Of a DNA stretch of 61,705 nucleotides, positions 18,816 through 28,325 are shown piece after piece. The position numbers were made by a program, and so were the translations under genes. Each line of letters opens with the position of its first letter. Positions within the stretch are counted from its first letter, which is position 1. Source of the DNA: an uncultured Bacteroidales bacterium. Its GTDB lineage: Bacteria; Bacteroidota; Bacteroidia; Bacteroidales; UBA932. Where the stretch lies: the NCBI GenBank assembly GCA_946625485.1, contig CAMOTB010000001.1, positions 1-61,705 on the forward strand, given 5' to 3'. Under the pieces are notes generated by a model that made no database searches, was not told the DNA's origin, and saw only the letters and a list, made by a program, of their open reading frames with translations.

Positions 18816-19697
18816 TTATTCAAACTCTACGGGTGCGGCAGCATCCAGATCCAGCAGTTCCGGATGGGCGAAAAGATGCCGCACAAGACGCAAGGTCTTG
18901 GAGAAATAATAGCCGTCGGCGATGCGTTCATCCACGGTCAGGCCGAGTTTGATCGTATTGCGCAGGTCGTAACTGCCGTCTTCGTGCCAATAGGGCCGCA
19001 GCTTTTTCTCGCTGATCACGACGAAAAAGGAAATGGTCCCCCAATTGAACAGGTGGTGGTAATCCGCATTGAGCTTGATGCTGCCGAGATTGGTAATATA
19101 GGCACTGGAGTAGCAGGGATCATCCTTGGCCAGCCCCTGCGGATAATGTCCGTAGTATTCCAGCCGCTTGAGGGTCCAGGCAACGAAACGGAAAACGGGC
19201 CGCGGAAGTTTCTTTACGACTTCCAGGACATTGGTAATCCCCTCCGTCTTGTCCTCGACACGGACTTTATGTACAAAATGATGTACATAGTCGTGAACCT
19301 GCTCCAGGGGAGATCCGCCTTCGGGATCCAGGACAAACTTGGCCATCGCCTCCTCCGCCTCGTCGGCAAACTTGCGTTTGACATTGAAGGCCACTTCGAT
19401 CTTTTTCCGCTCATAGAAACGTCCGCCCGCGATGAACCAGTTCATCTTGGGCCTCAAGAGGATGGCCTTGGCAATCACGGCCGTGATCACATGGAACCAG
19501 GTATATTTGAATTCGGGATTGCCGGCATTCTTTTCAGCCAGGTACTTGTCGACGGCCGTCAGGTCCACGGTTTCTCCCATTACAGCTTCGTTGTCCGTCC
19601 GGTTTCCGAACATATACGGCATCATCACATGCATCGAGTCCAGTCCACTCAGATACCAGCCGTCTTTCCGGTCCCTCCGATTTGCCTTTCTTTGCAT
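18816..19697 (-). CDS. Stand-alone 2-oxoacid dehydrogenase E2-like acyltransferase catalytic domain
   Basis: Start MQRKANRRDRKDG; ITNLGSI and TVDERIADG; no lipoyl domain. Confidence 0.75.
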   Translation of the reverse strand: MQRKANRRDRKDGWYLSGLDSMHVMMPYMFGNRTDNEAVMGETVDLTAVDKYLAEKNAGNPEFKYTWFHVITAVIAKAILLRPKMNWFIAGGRFYERKKIEVAFNVKRKFADEAEEAMAKFVLDPEGGSPLEQVHDYVHHFVHKVRVEDKTEGITNVLEVVKKLPRPVFRFVAWTLKRLEYYGHYPQGLAKDDPCYSSAYITNLGSIKLNADYHHLFNWGTISFFVVISEKKLRPYWHEDGSYDLRNTIKLGLTVDERIADGYYFSKTLRLVRHLFAHPELLDLDAAAPVEFE

Positions 19698-19841
19698 AGG
19701 TCTCAGGTTATAGTTTTCAGCGTTTGTATCTGCAAAGTAACGAAATTTGACGGAAATATCATAATTTCCCCCACTTGGCAAGAAAGGCCGGTGGCCCTGA
19801 GGGGCCTGCAGGGCATTATTTTTGCGGTTATGTCCTCCTGC

Positions 19842-20762
19842 ATGATACGGAAAATCGGGCAAAGATTCTTTCTCCTCCCCTTGTTCGTGATGGCACTGGT
19901 CTCCTGCGGTGTCGTCCGGCAGCGGCATTCCCCCCAGTATCATGCAGGGGTTCCGATCCAGGAAGAGTATGTTCCGAGAGGGACCGTTGTCGGTGTCCCA
20001 TACCAAAGTTCCGTCAAAGGCCCTTCCGAGCGCCGGATGATCGTCTATCTGCCAGAAGGATACGGCCGGGAGGAGAGGCGGTATCCGGTGTTTTATCTCC
20101 TGCACGGCGCCCGCGGCTATGAGACATCCTGGATCAAGAAAGGAGAAATCCTGCGGATTGCCGACAGCCTGTTTTCGCACGGTCTCGCCGTACCGTCCAT
20201 CATCGTAATGCCCAACATGAATGAATACCGCAATGAGCGGGATTTCGATGAGTCCCGGATGAAGGACGCGATCGAATCCATCCTGGAGGTCAACGGTGCC
20301 GTGGAGTCCGCCTTTCCGAAAGATGTCGTCCACCTCGTCGACAGCCTGTTCCTGACCCAGGCATATAAAAGCGGCCGGGCCCTGGCAGGGCTCTCCATCG
20401 GAGGCAAGCAAAGCGCCTTTCTGGCGGCCAATTTCCCGGAAGTTTTCGGATACGTCGGATTGTTCTCCCCCTTCTTCCAGACCCGGGGCAACACCGGCAG
20501 ATACAAATCCTTTTACAAGAATTTCCGGGATAAACTGGATATCCAGTTCAAGGTCGACCCGCCGCAGGCCTATTACCTGATGGTCGGCCGGAAAGATGTC
20601 GTCTATCCTACGACACTGGCCTTGCACCGCTACATGACCGGACAGGGATATCCCCACGAATTCCATGTTTCCGATGGCGGACACAATTGGAGCAATTGGC
20701 GGAACTATCTTGCCGACATGCTGACCAAAGTCTTCAAGGACGCGGGGGAAGACAATTTATAA
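19842..20762 (+). CDS. Alpha/beta-hydrolase esterase (CE1-like) lipoprotein
   Basis: Lipobox LVSC; YPVFYLLHG, GLSIGG nucleophile motif and GGHNW; TATTTTTG box just upstream. Confidence 0.82.
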   Translation: MIRKIGQRFFLLPLFVMALVSCGVVRQRHSPQYHAGVPIQEEYVPRGTVVGVPYQSSVKGPSERRMIVYLPEGYGREERRYPVFYLLHGARGYETSWIKKGEILRIADSLFSHGLAVPSIIVMPNMNEYRNERDFDESRMKDAIESILEVNGAVESAFPKDVVHLVDSLFLTQAYKSGRALAGLSIGGKQSAFLAANFPEVFGYVGLFSPFFQTRGNTGRYKSFYKNFRDKLDIQFKVDPPQAYYLMVGRKDVVYPTTLALHRYMTGQGYPHEFHVSDGGHNWSNWRNYLADMLTKVFKDAGEDNL

Positions 20763-20772
20763 CAAACTGATT

Positions 20773-21537
20773 ATGAAACGATTCGCAATATCCTTACTGA
20801 CCCTGGCGGTCCTCTGTTTCTCCCTGGATGCACAGGAAAAGCCCCAGGTATACAACATGAATTTCGACACGTGGTCCAAGACTTCCGGCGCCTGGAACCT
20901 CTATCCGGAGAAACCGACGGCCGGGCAGAAAGTCTGGGATACCGCCAACCACGGCCTGAGTCTCCTTGGCATCAACGGGACCCTCCCCGAGTACAAGCAT
21001 GTCGCTGTCTCCGGACAAGGCAAGGCCGCTGCCAAGATCGTCAGCAAGAAGGTCGTATGGGCTTTCGTGGCCGGCAACCTGTACACCGGCTGGTTCGGCA
21101 AGATCGTCAAGCTGTCCGGAGCCGAGCTCAATTTCGGAGTTCCCTTCTCCGCCCGGCCCAAAAGCCTTTCCGGCTATGTCCACTACATCCCTGCCGCGGT
21201 TGATTATGCCAGGGAACCCTATCTGGACATGAAAGGGAAAACGGATGTCGGACGAGTCGAGGTGATCCTGACCGACTGGGAGAAGCCCTACCACATCGTG
21301 ACCAACTACGAGAAATTCATCGACGGTGCCACGGACCCGCATGTCATCGGCCGGGCCGTCCTTGACCTGACAAAGGACACCGGCGGGTATATCCACTTCG
21401 ACATCCCCATCGAATACCGCAACGGCAAGACCCCGACTTACGTCGTCATCACAGCTGCTGCGAGCAAATTCGGCGCTTTTTTCACCGGAGGCAGCGGAAG
21501 CACCCTGTACGTGGATGAATTCCGCTTCAACTATTGA
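20773..21537 (+). CDS. Secreted PCMD (putative carbohydrate metabolism domain) protein
   Basis: Signal peptide; WDTAN, AGNLYTG, FGVPFSARP and GSTLYVDE. Confidence 0.75.
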   Translation: MKRFAISLLTLAVLCFSLDAQEKPQVYNMNFDTWSKTSGAWNLYPEKPTAGQKVWDTANHGLSLLGINGTLPEYKHVAVSGQGKAAAKIVSKKVVWAFVAGNLYTGWFGKIVKLSGAELNFGVPFSARPKSLSGYVHYIPAAVDYAREPYLDMKGKTDVGRVEVILTDWEKPYHIVTNYEKFIDGATDPHVIGRAVLDLTKDTGGYIHFDIPIEYRNGKTPTYVVITAAASKFGAFFTGGSGSTLYVDEFRFNY

Positions 21538-22676
21538 GCGGAATCCCGGTTCAGACGGATGACGGATGCCGGAATACGCTCGAACCGGATCCGTTCATAC
21601 GGCCGCTTGTCCCCGCATTCGTAGAAGATGCCCACATCCCCGTCCGGAAGGACGACGAGGTCGGAATAGGCCGTCGGCCCCTCTGTCAGGACCAGGGCTT
21701 TTTCCCAGGTTCTGCCCCTGTCCCGGCTTAGATGCAGCGTCATGTTGCGGCGCTGCGTAGTATCAGCAGGATTGGAGAAGAGCAAGGTGTCCGTCAATCT
21801 TCCATCCGTCGCATAATTGATGATGCTGGCGTTGCAGACCGGCTCAACCAGTCCTTTCTCCAGGAAGGGCGCGTCGAAGGACTTGCCGCCATCGTGGCTG
21901 ATCGCCACCCAGCGGGCATAACCCAGTGACTTGCGGTCTTTCGGACGGGTGCCGCGCATGTTGAGCATCACCTCTCCGCCGGGCAGTTCCGTGACGGTGC
22001 TCTCGTTGCCCACGCCCGGATCGCCGCCGATCTTCCAGGTCCGGCCGCCATTGTCGGAATAGATGACATGGGAAGTGCTCTCACCGGCCTTGCCATCGAT
22101 ATAATTGCCATGGTCGCAGGGCGCGACGATACGCCCGCCGGTCAGCTGGATGGCGTGACAGGGGCCTGTCGCATACCAGGTCCAAGATTTTTTCTTGACC
22201 CGGCCTGTAATCTCCCGCGGCGCAGACCAGCTCAGGCCCTCGTCATCGGAATAGAGCACAAAGACCCGACGGGTATCGACGGAGGTGCGATCGTGGATGG
22301 CCGACTCAGGATCCTTGCCGTTATTCCAGGTAGAGAGCAGGATGACCCTTCCGGTCTTGCGGTCCACGACCGGGCAGGGATTGCCGCACACATTCTCTCC
22401 GTCATCCCACACTGTAATGATTTCACCCCAGGTCTTTCCCCCGTCCGTAGAGCGGCGGACAACCAGGTCGATGTCTCCGCTGTCGCCGCCGCCCTTCTGG
22501 CGTGCTTCGGCGAAGGCCAGCAGGACTCCGCCCTGCGTCCGGATGATTGCAGGAATACGGTAGGTATGGACGCCGGCATCTCCGGCCTTGAACAGGTCCT
22601 GCCACTCCCGACCGGAAGCAACGGACGTCAGGAGCATCGGCAAAAACGCACATAATATCCATTTCAGACTCTTCAT
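21531..22676 (-). CDS. Sialidase (GH33)
   Basis: YRIP motif and Asp-boxes STDGGKTW, SDDEGLSW, SDNGGRTW, SHDGGKSF and SRDRGRTW. Confidence 0.92.
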   Translation of the reverse strand: MKSLKWILCAFLPMLLTSVASGREWQDLFKAGDAGVHTYRIPAIIRTQGGVLLAFAEARQKGGGDSGDIDLVVRRSTDGGKTWGEIITVWDDGENVCGNPCPVVDRKTGRVILLSTWNNGKDPESAIHDRTSVDTRRVFVLYSDDEGLSWSAPREITGRVKKKSWTWYATGPCHAIQLTGGRIVAPCDHGNYIDGKAGESTSHVIYSDNGGRTWKIGGDPGVGNESTVTELPGGEVMLNMRGTRPKDRKSLGYARWVAISHDGGKSFDAPFLEKGLVEPVCNASIINYATDGRLTDTLLFSNPADTTQRRNMTLHLSRDRGRTWEKALVLTEGPTAYSDLVVLPDGDVGIFYECGDKRPYERIRFERIPASVIRLNRDSAQ

Positions 22677-22732
22677 ACGCAAAGTCTCAGAAATTTTCGT
22701 TTCGCATTAAGACAAATGTATGAATATTCTTT

Positions 22733-22740
22733 TATTTTTG
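22733..22740 (+). promoter_or_regulatory. -7 box for the NanM-SSS gene
   Basis: TATTTTTG upstream of ATG 22766. Confidence 0.5.
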
Positions 22741-22765
22741 TATGGACCCTTGTTCCGAACCCGCC

Positions 22766-25309
22766 ATGAAACTCCGGCAAACCCTCTTCATCCTGCTTCT
22801 CAGCCTGGCTGCTTGCATTCCGGCCTGGGCCAGCGAGTGCACCATCTCCCGCGCGACAGTTCTCCCTGCCGGGGAAAAACACGGCACGGCCGGCGCCTTC
22901 GTCGGGGTCCTCGGCAACACGGTCGTGGTCGCCGGCGGGTCCGACTTCCCGGACCTGAAGCCTTGGGAAGGCGGCACCAAGGTATGGAGTGACAAGATTT
23001 ACCTGCTCCGGCGCGACGGCGGGGAATACCGCTGCGAAGCGCTGGAGGGGACCTCGCTCCCCTTCCCTGTCGGAAACGGCTGCAGCGCCGGCAACGGCAA
23101 GATCCTCTACTGCATCGGAGGCCAGACTCCGGACGGTCCCAGCCCGGCGATCCTGTCCGTCCGGCAAGAAGGCAACGCCCTTGCCATCGAACGGGTGGGA
23201 ACGCTGCCGGAAGGGTTCACCCCCAACGCAGCCCTGTTCCACAAAGGAAACGTCTATATCTGCGGCAGCCGGGAAGGAGAGAACCTCTTGCTCCGGTGGA
23301 CCCCCGCTTCGGGCTCGTTCAAGGAACTGGCCTCCTGTCCCGGACCGGCCCTGAGCGAAGGGAGCGTCCTTGTCTATCAGCATAACGGACGCGAAGAAGC
23401 CTTTTACCTGATCGGCGGCCGCGGAAAGGGCGAGGACGGGAGCTGGCAGATCGCCAGCCATGTCTGGGAATATCTGCCGACGCATGACACCTGGTCTGAA
23501 AAAAGCGCATTCCATGACCGGGACGGCCGGCCCCTGTCTCTGATGTATGCGCCCGCCCTCGCTTACGGATCCGCGCACATCCTGGTGTTCGGCGGTGACG
23601 ACGGCCGGGAATTCCTGCGCCGGGATACACTCCGGGCAGGCTCCCCGGAACTGACCGAGGCTTTCACCGGTCATCCGGGATTTCAAGACAAAGTCTTCGC
23701 ATACCATACGATCACAGATACCTGGACCGTCCTCGCGGAAACGGGAAGCCCGCTCCCGGCCGTCACGACAGCCGTCCGCTGGGGCAAGGACATCCTGATC
23801 CCCTCCGGCGAAGCTTCTCCCGGTGTCCGGAGCAACGCTGTCCTGCTGGCCCGGATCGAAGACCCGGTCTCATTCGGATGGGTCAACTACCTGGTCCTTG
23901 CCCTGTACCTGCTCCTGATGATGGGGGTCGGATTCTATTTCGCGCGCAAGAGCGACAGCAGCGACAAGTTTTTCAAGGGCGGAGGTTCCATCCCCTGGTG
24001 GGCTGCCGGAATCAGCATTTTCGCCACCGCGCTGAGCGCCATCACCTTCCTCTCCATTCCCGCCAAGGCCTATGCCACAGACTGGGGGATGTTCATGTTC
24101 AACATGATGATCGTGATGGTCGTGCCCATCGTCATCAACTTTTACCTGCCGCTGTTCCGGAGGCTGAAAGTCGCCTCCGTCTATGAGTACCTGGAGAACC
24201 GTTTCAGCGGCGGCGTCCGCTCGCTTGCGTCGGCCTTTTTCTGCATCTTCATGTTCGCCCGCGTGGCCATCGTCCTTTTCCTGCCTTCGCTGGCACTCAA
24301 CACTGTGACCGGCATCAACATCTACCTCTGCATCCTGCTGATGGGCGTCGTCACGATCCTGTATTGCACGATGGGCGGCATCGAGGCCGTCGTCTGGGGC
24401 GACGTGATCCAGGGCTTCCTGCTTGTCGGCGGCGCCGTGCTCTCGCTGGTCTGGATCTTCAAGGGGATCGACGGAGGCATGTCCGGATTCTGGCAGACGG
24501 CCGTCCAGGACCGCAAACTCCACCTGACGGATTTCCAGTTCGACTGGACCCGTCCCGTCTTCTGGGTTGCCGTCATCGGCGGCCTGTCCAACGCCCTGCT
24601 GACCTACACCTCAGACCAGTCCGTGGTCCAGAAATACCTGACGGTCAAGGATACGAAGGGGACGGAACGGGGGCTGTGGCTCAACGGAATCCTCTCCATC
24701 CCGATCACCGTTCTCTTCTTCGGCATCGGGACGGCCCTCTACGTCTTCTTCAAGCAACATCCCGGGCTGCTCAATATCGGGATGAGTAATACGGACTCCA
24801 TTTATCCGCATTACATGATGTGCCAGCTCCCCGTCGGCGTCAGCGGACTGCTGATCGCGGCCGTCTTCGCTGCGGCAATGTCCACCCTGGCTTCCAATAT
24901 CAATTCCGCGACGACCGTCCTAACCGAAGACTTCTACGCCCGATGGAAGAAAGGAGCTGCCGATGCCCGGAAAGTCCGTTTCGCCCGCATCTCCGGCATC
25001 GTCGTCGGCGGGCTCGGCGTCGTGATGGCCCTTGCTCTGGCCACCTTCGACATCGCTTCGCTATGGGATCAGTTCAACTTCTTCCTCGGCCTGCTGACCA
25101 GCGGCCTGGGCGGACTTTTCCTGATGGGCATCGCCGCGCGCAGGATCGGCGCCAAGGCTGCCTTGACCGGTTTTGTCGGCAGCGTCATCGTCCTGTTGCT
25201 GATCCACGCCCTGACTGCGGCTTCGCCCATCCTGTACGGATTCCTCGGGCTGGTATCCTGTTTCCTGATCGGCTATCTTTCGAGTTTCCTGTACGGCTAC
25301 GGCAGATGA
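22766..25309 (+). CDS. Kelch-repeat NanM-like sialic acid mutarotase fused to a sodium:solute symporter (SiaT-like)
   Basis: Signal peptide; Kelch VAGGSDFP, YLIGG and SGEASPGVRS; then SSS motifs SIFATALSAITF, VVWGDVIQ, DQSVVQKY and AAAMSTL. Confidence 0.85.
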   Translation: MKLRQTLFILLLSLAACIPAWASECTISRATVLPAGEKHGTAGAFVGVLGNTVVVAGGSDFPDLKPWEGGTKVWSDKIYLLRRDGGEYRCEALEGTSLPFPVGNGCSAGNGKILYCIGGQTPDGPSPAILSVRQEGNALAIERVGTLPEGFTPNAALFHKGNVYICGSREGENLLLRWTPASGSFKELASCPGPALSEGSVLVYQHNGREEAFYLIGGRGKGEDGSWQIASHVWEYLPTHDTWSEKSAFHDRDGRPLSLMYAPALAYGSAHILVFGGDDGREFLRRDTLRAGSPELTEAFTGHPGFQDKVFAYHTITDTWTVLAETGSPLPAVTTAVRWGKDILIPSGEASPGVRSNAVLLARIEDPVSFGWVNYLVLALYLLLMMGVGFYFARKSDSSDKFFKGGGSIPWWAAGISIFATALSAITFLSIPAKAYATDWGMFMFNMMIVMVVPIVINFYLPLFRRLKVASVYEYLENRFSGGVRSLASAFFCIFMFARVAIVLFLPSLALNTVTGINIYLCILLMGVVTILYCTMGGIEAVVWGDVIQGFLLVGGAVLSLVWIFKGIDGGMSGFWQTAVQDRKLHLTDFQFDWTRPVFWVAVIGGLSNALLTYTSDQSVVQKYLTVKDTKGTERGLWLNGILSIPITVLFFGIGTALYVFFKQHPGLLNIGMSNTDSIYPHYMMCQLPVGVSGLLIAAVFAAAMSTLASNINSATTVLTEDFYARWKKGAADARKVRFARISGIVVGGLGVVMALALATFDIASLWDQFNFFLGLLTSGLGGLFLMGIAARRIGAKAALTGFVGSVIVLLLIHALTAASPILYGFLGLVSCFLIGYLSSFLYGYGR

Positions 25310-25325
25310 TGTGTCCGCGCAGGGC

Positions 25326-26357
25326 TCAGCCGATCAGTTTCTTAGTCAGATCAAAGGGCCTGAGGTCATCCAGCCCCATCGCCCGGACGGCCTCCTGCAG
25401 GACTGTGCGATCATCCAGGTCTGCCGGCCGGCCCTCACGGGTCAGGTAGAAACGGCCGGCATCCAGGAGGACCTGCCTCGGAACCAGGCCGATGATTTCC
25501 GTCCCCGTCACCTTCACGCCCCGGGAGGCCGCGGCGCGGCACACCTCTTCGTAAGCGACATGCAGCGGCGTGGCTTCGATGTCCGTGATGTTCATCGACA
25601 CCTGGGCGATGCCATACTCCTCGATATACCATCCGATGGCCTTGCACCCCTTCAGCGGACCGGGGATCCAGACCTGGCGGCCTTCGGCATCCTTGAGGGG
25701 CGTCCCATCGGGACCCAGGGCTTTCCTGCCCTTCTGGCGGACCGCACAGGCAATCTCCGAGGCCAGCGGGACGGAATCCGTATCGAGATTGAAATTGACG
25801 GCGATCAGGAAGGGGCGTGCGCCGACATGGGTGGCTCCGGTCCGGGCAGCCCGTTCATCGAAGCCCCCGCAGAAATCGGGTTTCCGGGCAGGATCGGACA
25901 TCCGCTCCGGAAGTCCTTCATACTCCCCCGCCCGGCACCAGGCCAGATTGCGTCTTTCAGGACTGGAGGCGGCCGCTTCGTAGCAAAAACAAGGAATGCC
26001 CAGTTCCCGGAAAAGACGTTCCGCCAGGCGGCGGGCCAGGACGGCACACTCCTCCAGCGTCACTCCGCTCAGCGGGATCAGCGGCAGGACATCCGTCGCC
26101 CCGGAGCGCGGATGCTCACCATGGTGCCGGCGCATGTCGATCCGCTCCGCAGCCTTGGCCGCTCCGCGGAAAGCCGCCTCCACGACGGCATCCGGCGGGC
26201 CGACGAAAGTGACGACCGTCCGGTTGGCTGCAGCCCCCGGATCCACATCCAGCACTTCTACATCGCTTTCCGAAGCGATCGCATTTACGATGGCATCGAT
26301 GATGCCTTTGTCCCGTCCCTCGCTGAAGTTGGGGACACATTCGATCCGTCTCTCCAT
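25326..26357 (-). CDS. ftcD: Glutamate formimidoyltransferase
   Basis: IECVPNFSEGRD, HHGEHPRSGATDV, AQVSMN and GTEIIGLVP. Confidence 0.9.
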   Translation of the reverse strand: MERRIECVPNFSEGRDKGIIDAIVNAIASESDVEVLDVDPGAAANRTVVTFVGPPDAVVEAAFRGAAKAAERIDMRRHHGEHPRSGATDVLPLIPLSGVTLEECAVLARRLAERLFRELGIPCFCYEAAASSPERRNLAWCRAGEYEGLPERMSDPARKPDFCGGFDERAARTGATHVGARPFLIAVNFNLDTDSVPLASEIACAVRQKGRKALGPDGTPLKDAEGRQVWIPGPLKGCKAIGWYIEEYGIAQVSMNITDIEATPLHVAYEEVCRAAASRGVKVTGTEIIGLVPRQVLLDAGRFYLTREGRPADLDDRTVLQEAVRAMGLDDLRPFDLTKKLIG

Positions 26358-26459
26358 GGCAAGATTGTTTCGAGAGATAAAGATAAGGAAAAAAGGGATA
26401 AGCGCGTTGGGATTTTGCGGGAGTTTGAGTAACTTGCACTGAATTTAAAAGATAAAAAG

Positions 26460-27032
26460 ATGAAAAAGACTTTGTTTGTATCCCTCATCCTGTGCTGTGC
26501 AGCCTTCGGCCTGCGTGCCCAGAATACTTCCACCACCACCTCCGAAATCGTCAACAACGTCGTCCAGCAGAGCCAGGATGCCGCCGAACAGGCCAAGCAG
26601 GCCTATCAGGACCAGGCCCGGAGCGGCAACCGCGAGATCAGCCGGCTGGAGCGCCGGATCAATTCCGGCAAAAAGGAAGTCGACCGCCTCAAGGGTGAGC
26701 AGGAGCAACTCAAGGCCGACATCAAGGCCCTGGACAAATCCAGGAAGATCCAGAAGGAGACTTTGAAGCTCCAAAAAGCCAGCAAGGCGGACAAAGACCT
26801 GCTGGCCATGACCAAGGCCTCCGTCAAGGACATCGACCGCCAGCTCAACCGGGCCAAAAACGAGCTGAAGAAGGTCAACCGCGCAATCAAGGAGACCAAG
26901 AAGGACATCAACGACTCCAAGAAGGCCCTTTCCTCCACCAAGAGGGACATCAAAGAGGCCAAGAAGGAGATGAAGACGCAGCAGAAAAACCTCAAGCAGA
27001 CCCTGAAACTCCAAGAAGAAGCCGGACGCTAG
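26460..27032 (+). CDS. Secreted lysine-rich coiled-coil protein of unknown function
   Basis: Signal peptide; heptad repeats such as IKETKKD/INDSKKA/IKEAKKE. Confidence 0.75.
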   Translation: MKKTLFVSLILCCAAFGLRAQNTSTTTSEIVNNVVQQSQDAAEQAKQAYQDQARSGNREISRLERRINSGKKEVDRLKGEQEQLKADIKALDKSRKIQKETLKLQKASKADKDLLAMTKASVKDIDRQLNRAKNELKKVNRAIKETKKDINDSKKALSSTKRDIKEAKKEMKTQQKNLKQTLKLQEEAGR

Positions 27033-27059
27033 TCCCCTCTTCTACAAAACGATATCGAC

Positions 27060-28319
27060 ATGAGACTCCGCTTCCTGTCCCTGATGGGGATCAGCCTGGG
27101 CCTGACCCTTTTCATTGCTTGTCGCCAGGCCCCCGAAGTTCCTGATCCGGAGGCCGGATTGCCGGCTTTTCCGAAGCCTGCGGAACAGATTGACAAGGTT
27201 CCCCTGACGCGTGCCGAAGAAGCCTTCGTCCAGGCCGGCAACGAATTCGCATGGAAACTGCTCAGGAAAGTCTGGGACAACAACAAGACCGGAGAGAGTT
27301 TTATCTTCTCCCCGATCAGCGTCCAGTACGCCCTGGGGATGCTGGGCAACGGCGCCGATCCACAGACCGCCGCCAAACTTGCCTCGGTCCTGGGCTATGA
27401 GGGTACAGAAGCCATCAATGCCTATTGTGCCAAGCTGATCGAGTATCTTCCGCAAGTTGATACAAGCCTTACTCTGGCCCTGGCCAACGGAGTCCTGCTG
27501 AACGAGAAATATACCCTGAAACGCCCCTTCAAGACAGTGGTGGAGGACAGCTATGACGCCCTTGTGGAAAGCATGCCTTTCACCCGGCCGGAAGCTGTCA
27601 AGGAAAAGGTCAACGACTGGTGCTGGAAGCACACTTACGGCCGGATCAAAGAGGTTCTGGACCAGGTGGACCCCGACGCTTTCATGTATCTGATGAACGC
27701 CATCTATTTCAATGGGAAGTGGACGCTCCCCTTCGAAAAGTCCGCAACCCGGGATGAGAACTTCCGCACTCTGTCCGGCAAGACGCGCAAGGTCAAGATG
27801 ATGCATCAGACGTATGCCCTGATGGAATTGGGTGAGAATGAGCTTTGCCAGTCCGTCAGCCTTCCTTATGGAAGGGGCAAGTTTTTCCTCAACATCTATC
27901 TGCCCAAGAAGAGCACGGACCTGACCCGGCTGATGGAGGATGCAGCCGCAAGGTCTACGAAAGGAGGTCTTTACAAGGTCGTCCTGAGCCTGCCGTCTTT
28001 TGAGACCGAATATAAGGAAGACCTTAAGCCTTTGCTGGGCGAGATGGGACTCCCCATGGGGCCGTACGACGAACTCATCGAGAAGGCGTCGTCCTCTTCC
28101 GAGATTAGTAGGATCCTCCATAAAGCCAATATCACTGTAAACGAAAGCGGCACGGAGGCTGCGGCAGTTACCGTGATTGAAATGAAATTTACCTCGGCCG
28201 GTCCTTCTGTCCCGGACCCTCCGACTGTCTATTTCACGGCTGATCACCCGTTCTTCTATACGATATCAGAAAAAAGCACCGGCGCCATCTTGTTCACCGG
28301 TGCTTATACAGGAGTATAA
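27060..28319 (+). CDS. Serpin family lipoprotein
   Basis: Lipobox FIAC; IFSPIS, NAIYFNGKW, hinge ESGTEAAAVT and ADHPF. Confidence 0.93.
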   Translation: MRLRFLSLMGISLGLTLFIACRQAPEVPDPEAGLPAFPKPAEQIDKVPLTRAEEAFVQAGNEFAWKLLRKVWDNNKTGESFIFSPISVQYALGMLGNGADPQTAAKLASVLGYEGTEAINAYCAKLIEYLPQVDTSLTLALANGVLLNEKYTLKRPFKTVVEDSYDALVESMPFTRPEAVKEKVNDWCWKHTYGRIKEVLDQVDPDAFMYLMNAIYFNGKWTLPFEKSATRDENFRTLSGKTRKVKMMHQTYALMELGENELCQSVSLPYGRGKFFLNIYLPKKSTDLTRLMEDAAARSTKGGLYKVVLSLPSFETEYKEDLKPLLGEMGLPMGPYDELIEKASSSSEISRILHKANITVNESGTEAAAVTVIEMKFTSAGPSVPDPPTVYFTADHPFFYTISEKSTGAILFTGAYTGV

Positions 28320-28325
28320 AGTTTC

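Noticed and set aside
18780-20762. 660-aa (+) and 622-aa (-) overlapping ORFs suggesting large fusion proteins
   Set aside because: Each is a real gene (esterase from 19842, E2-like from 19697) extended by the stop-free antisense frame of the other; the promoter box lies between the true starts.
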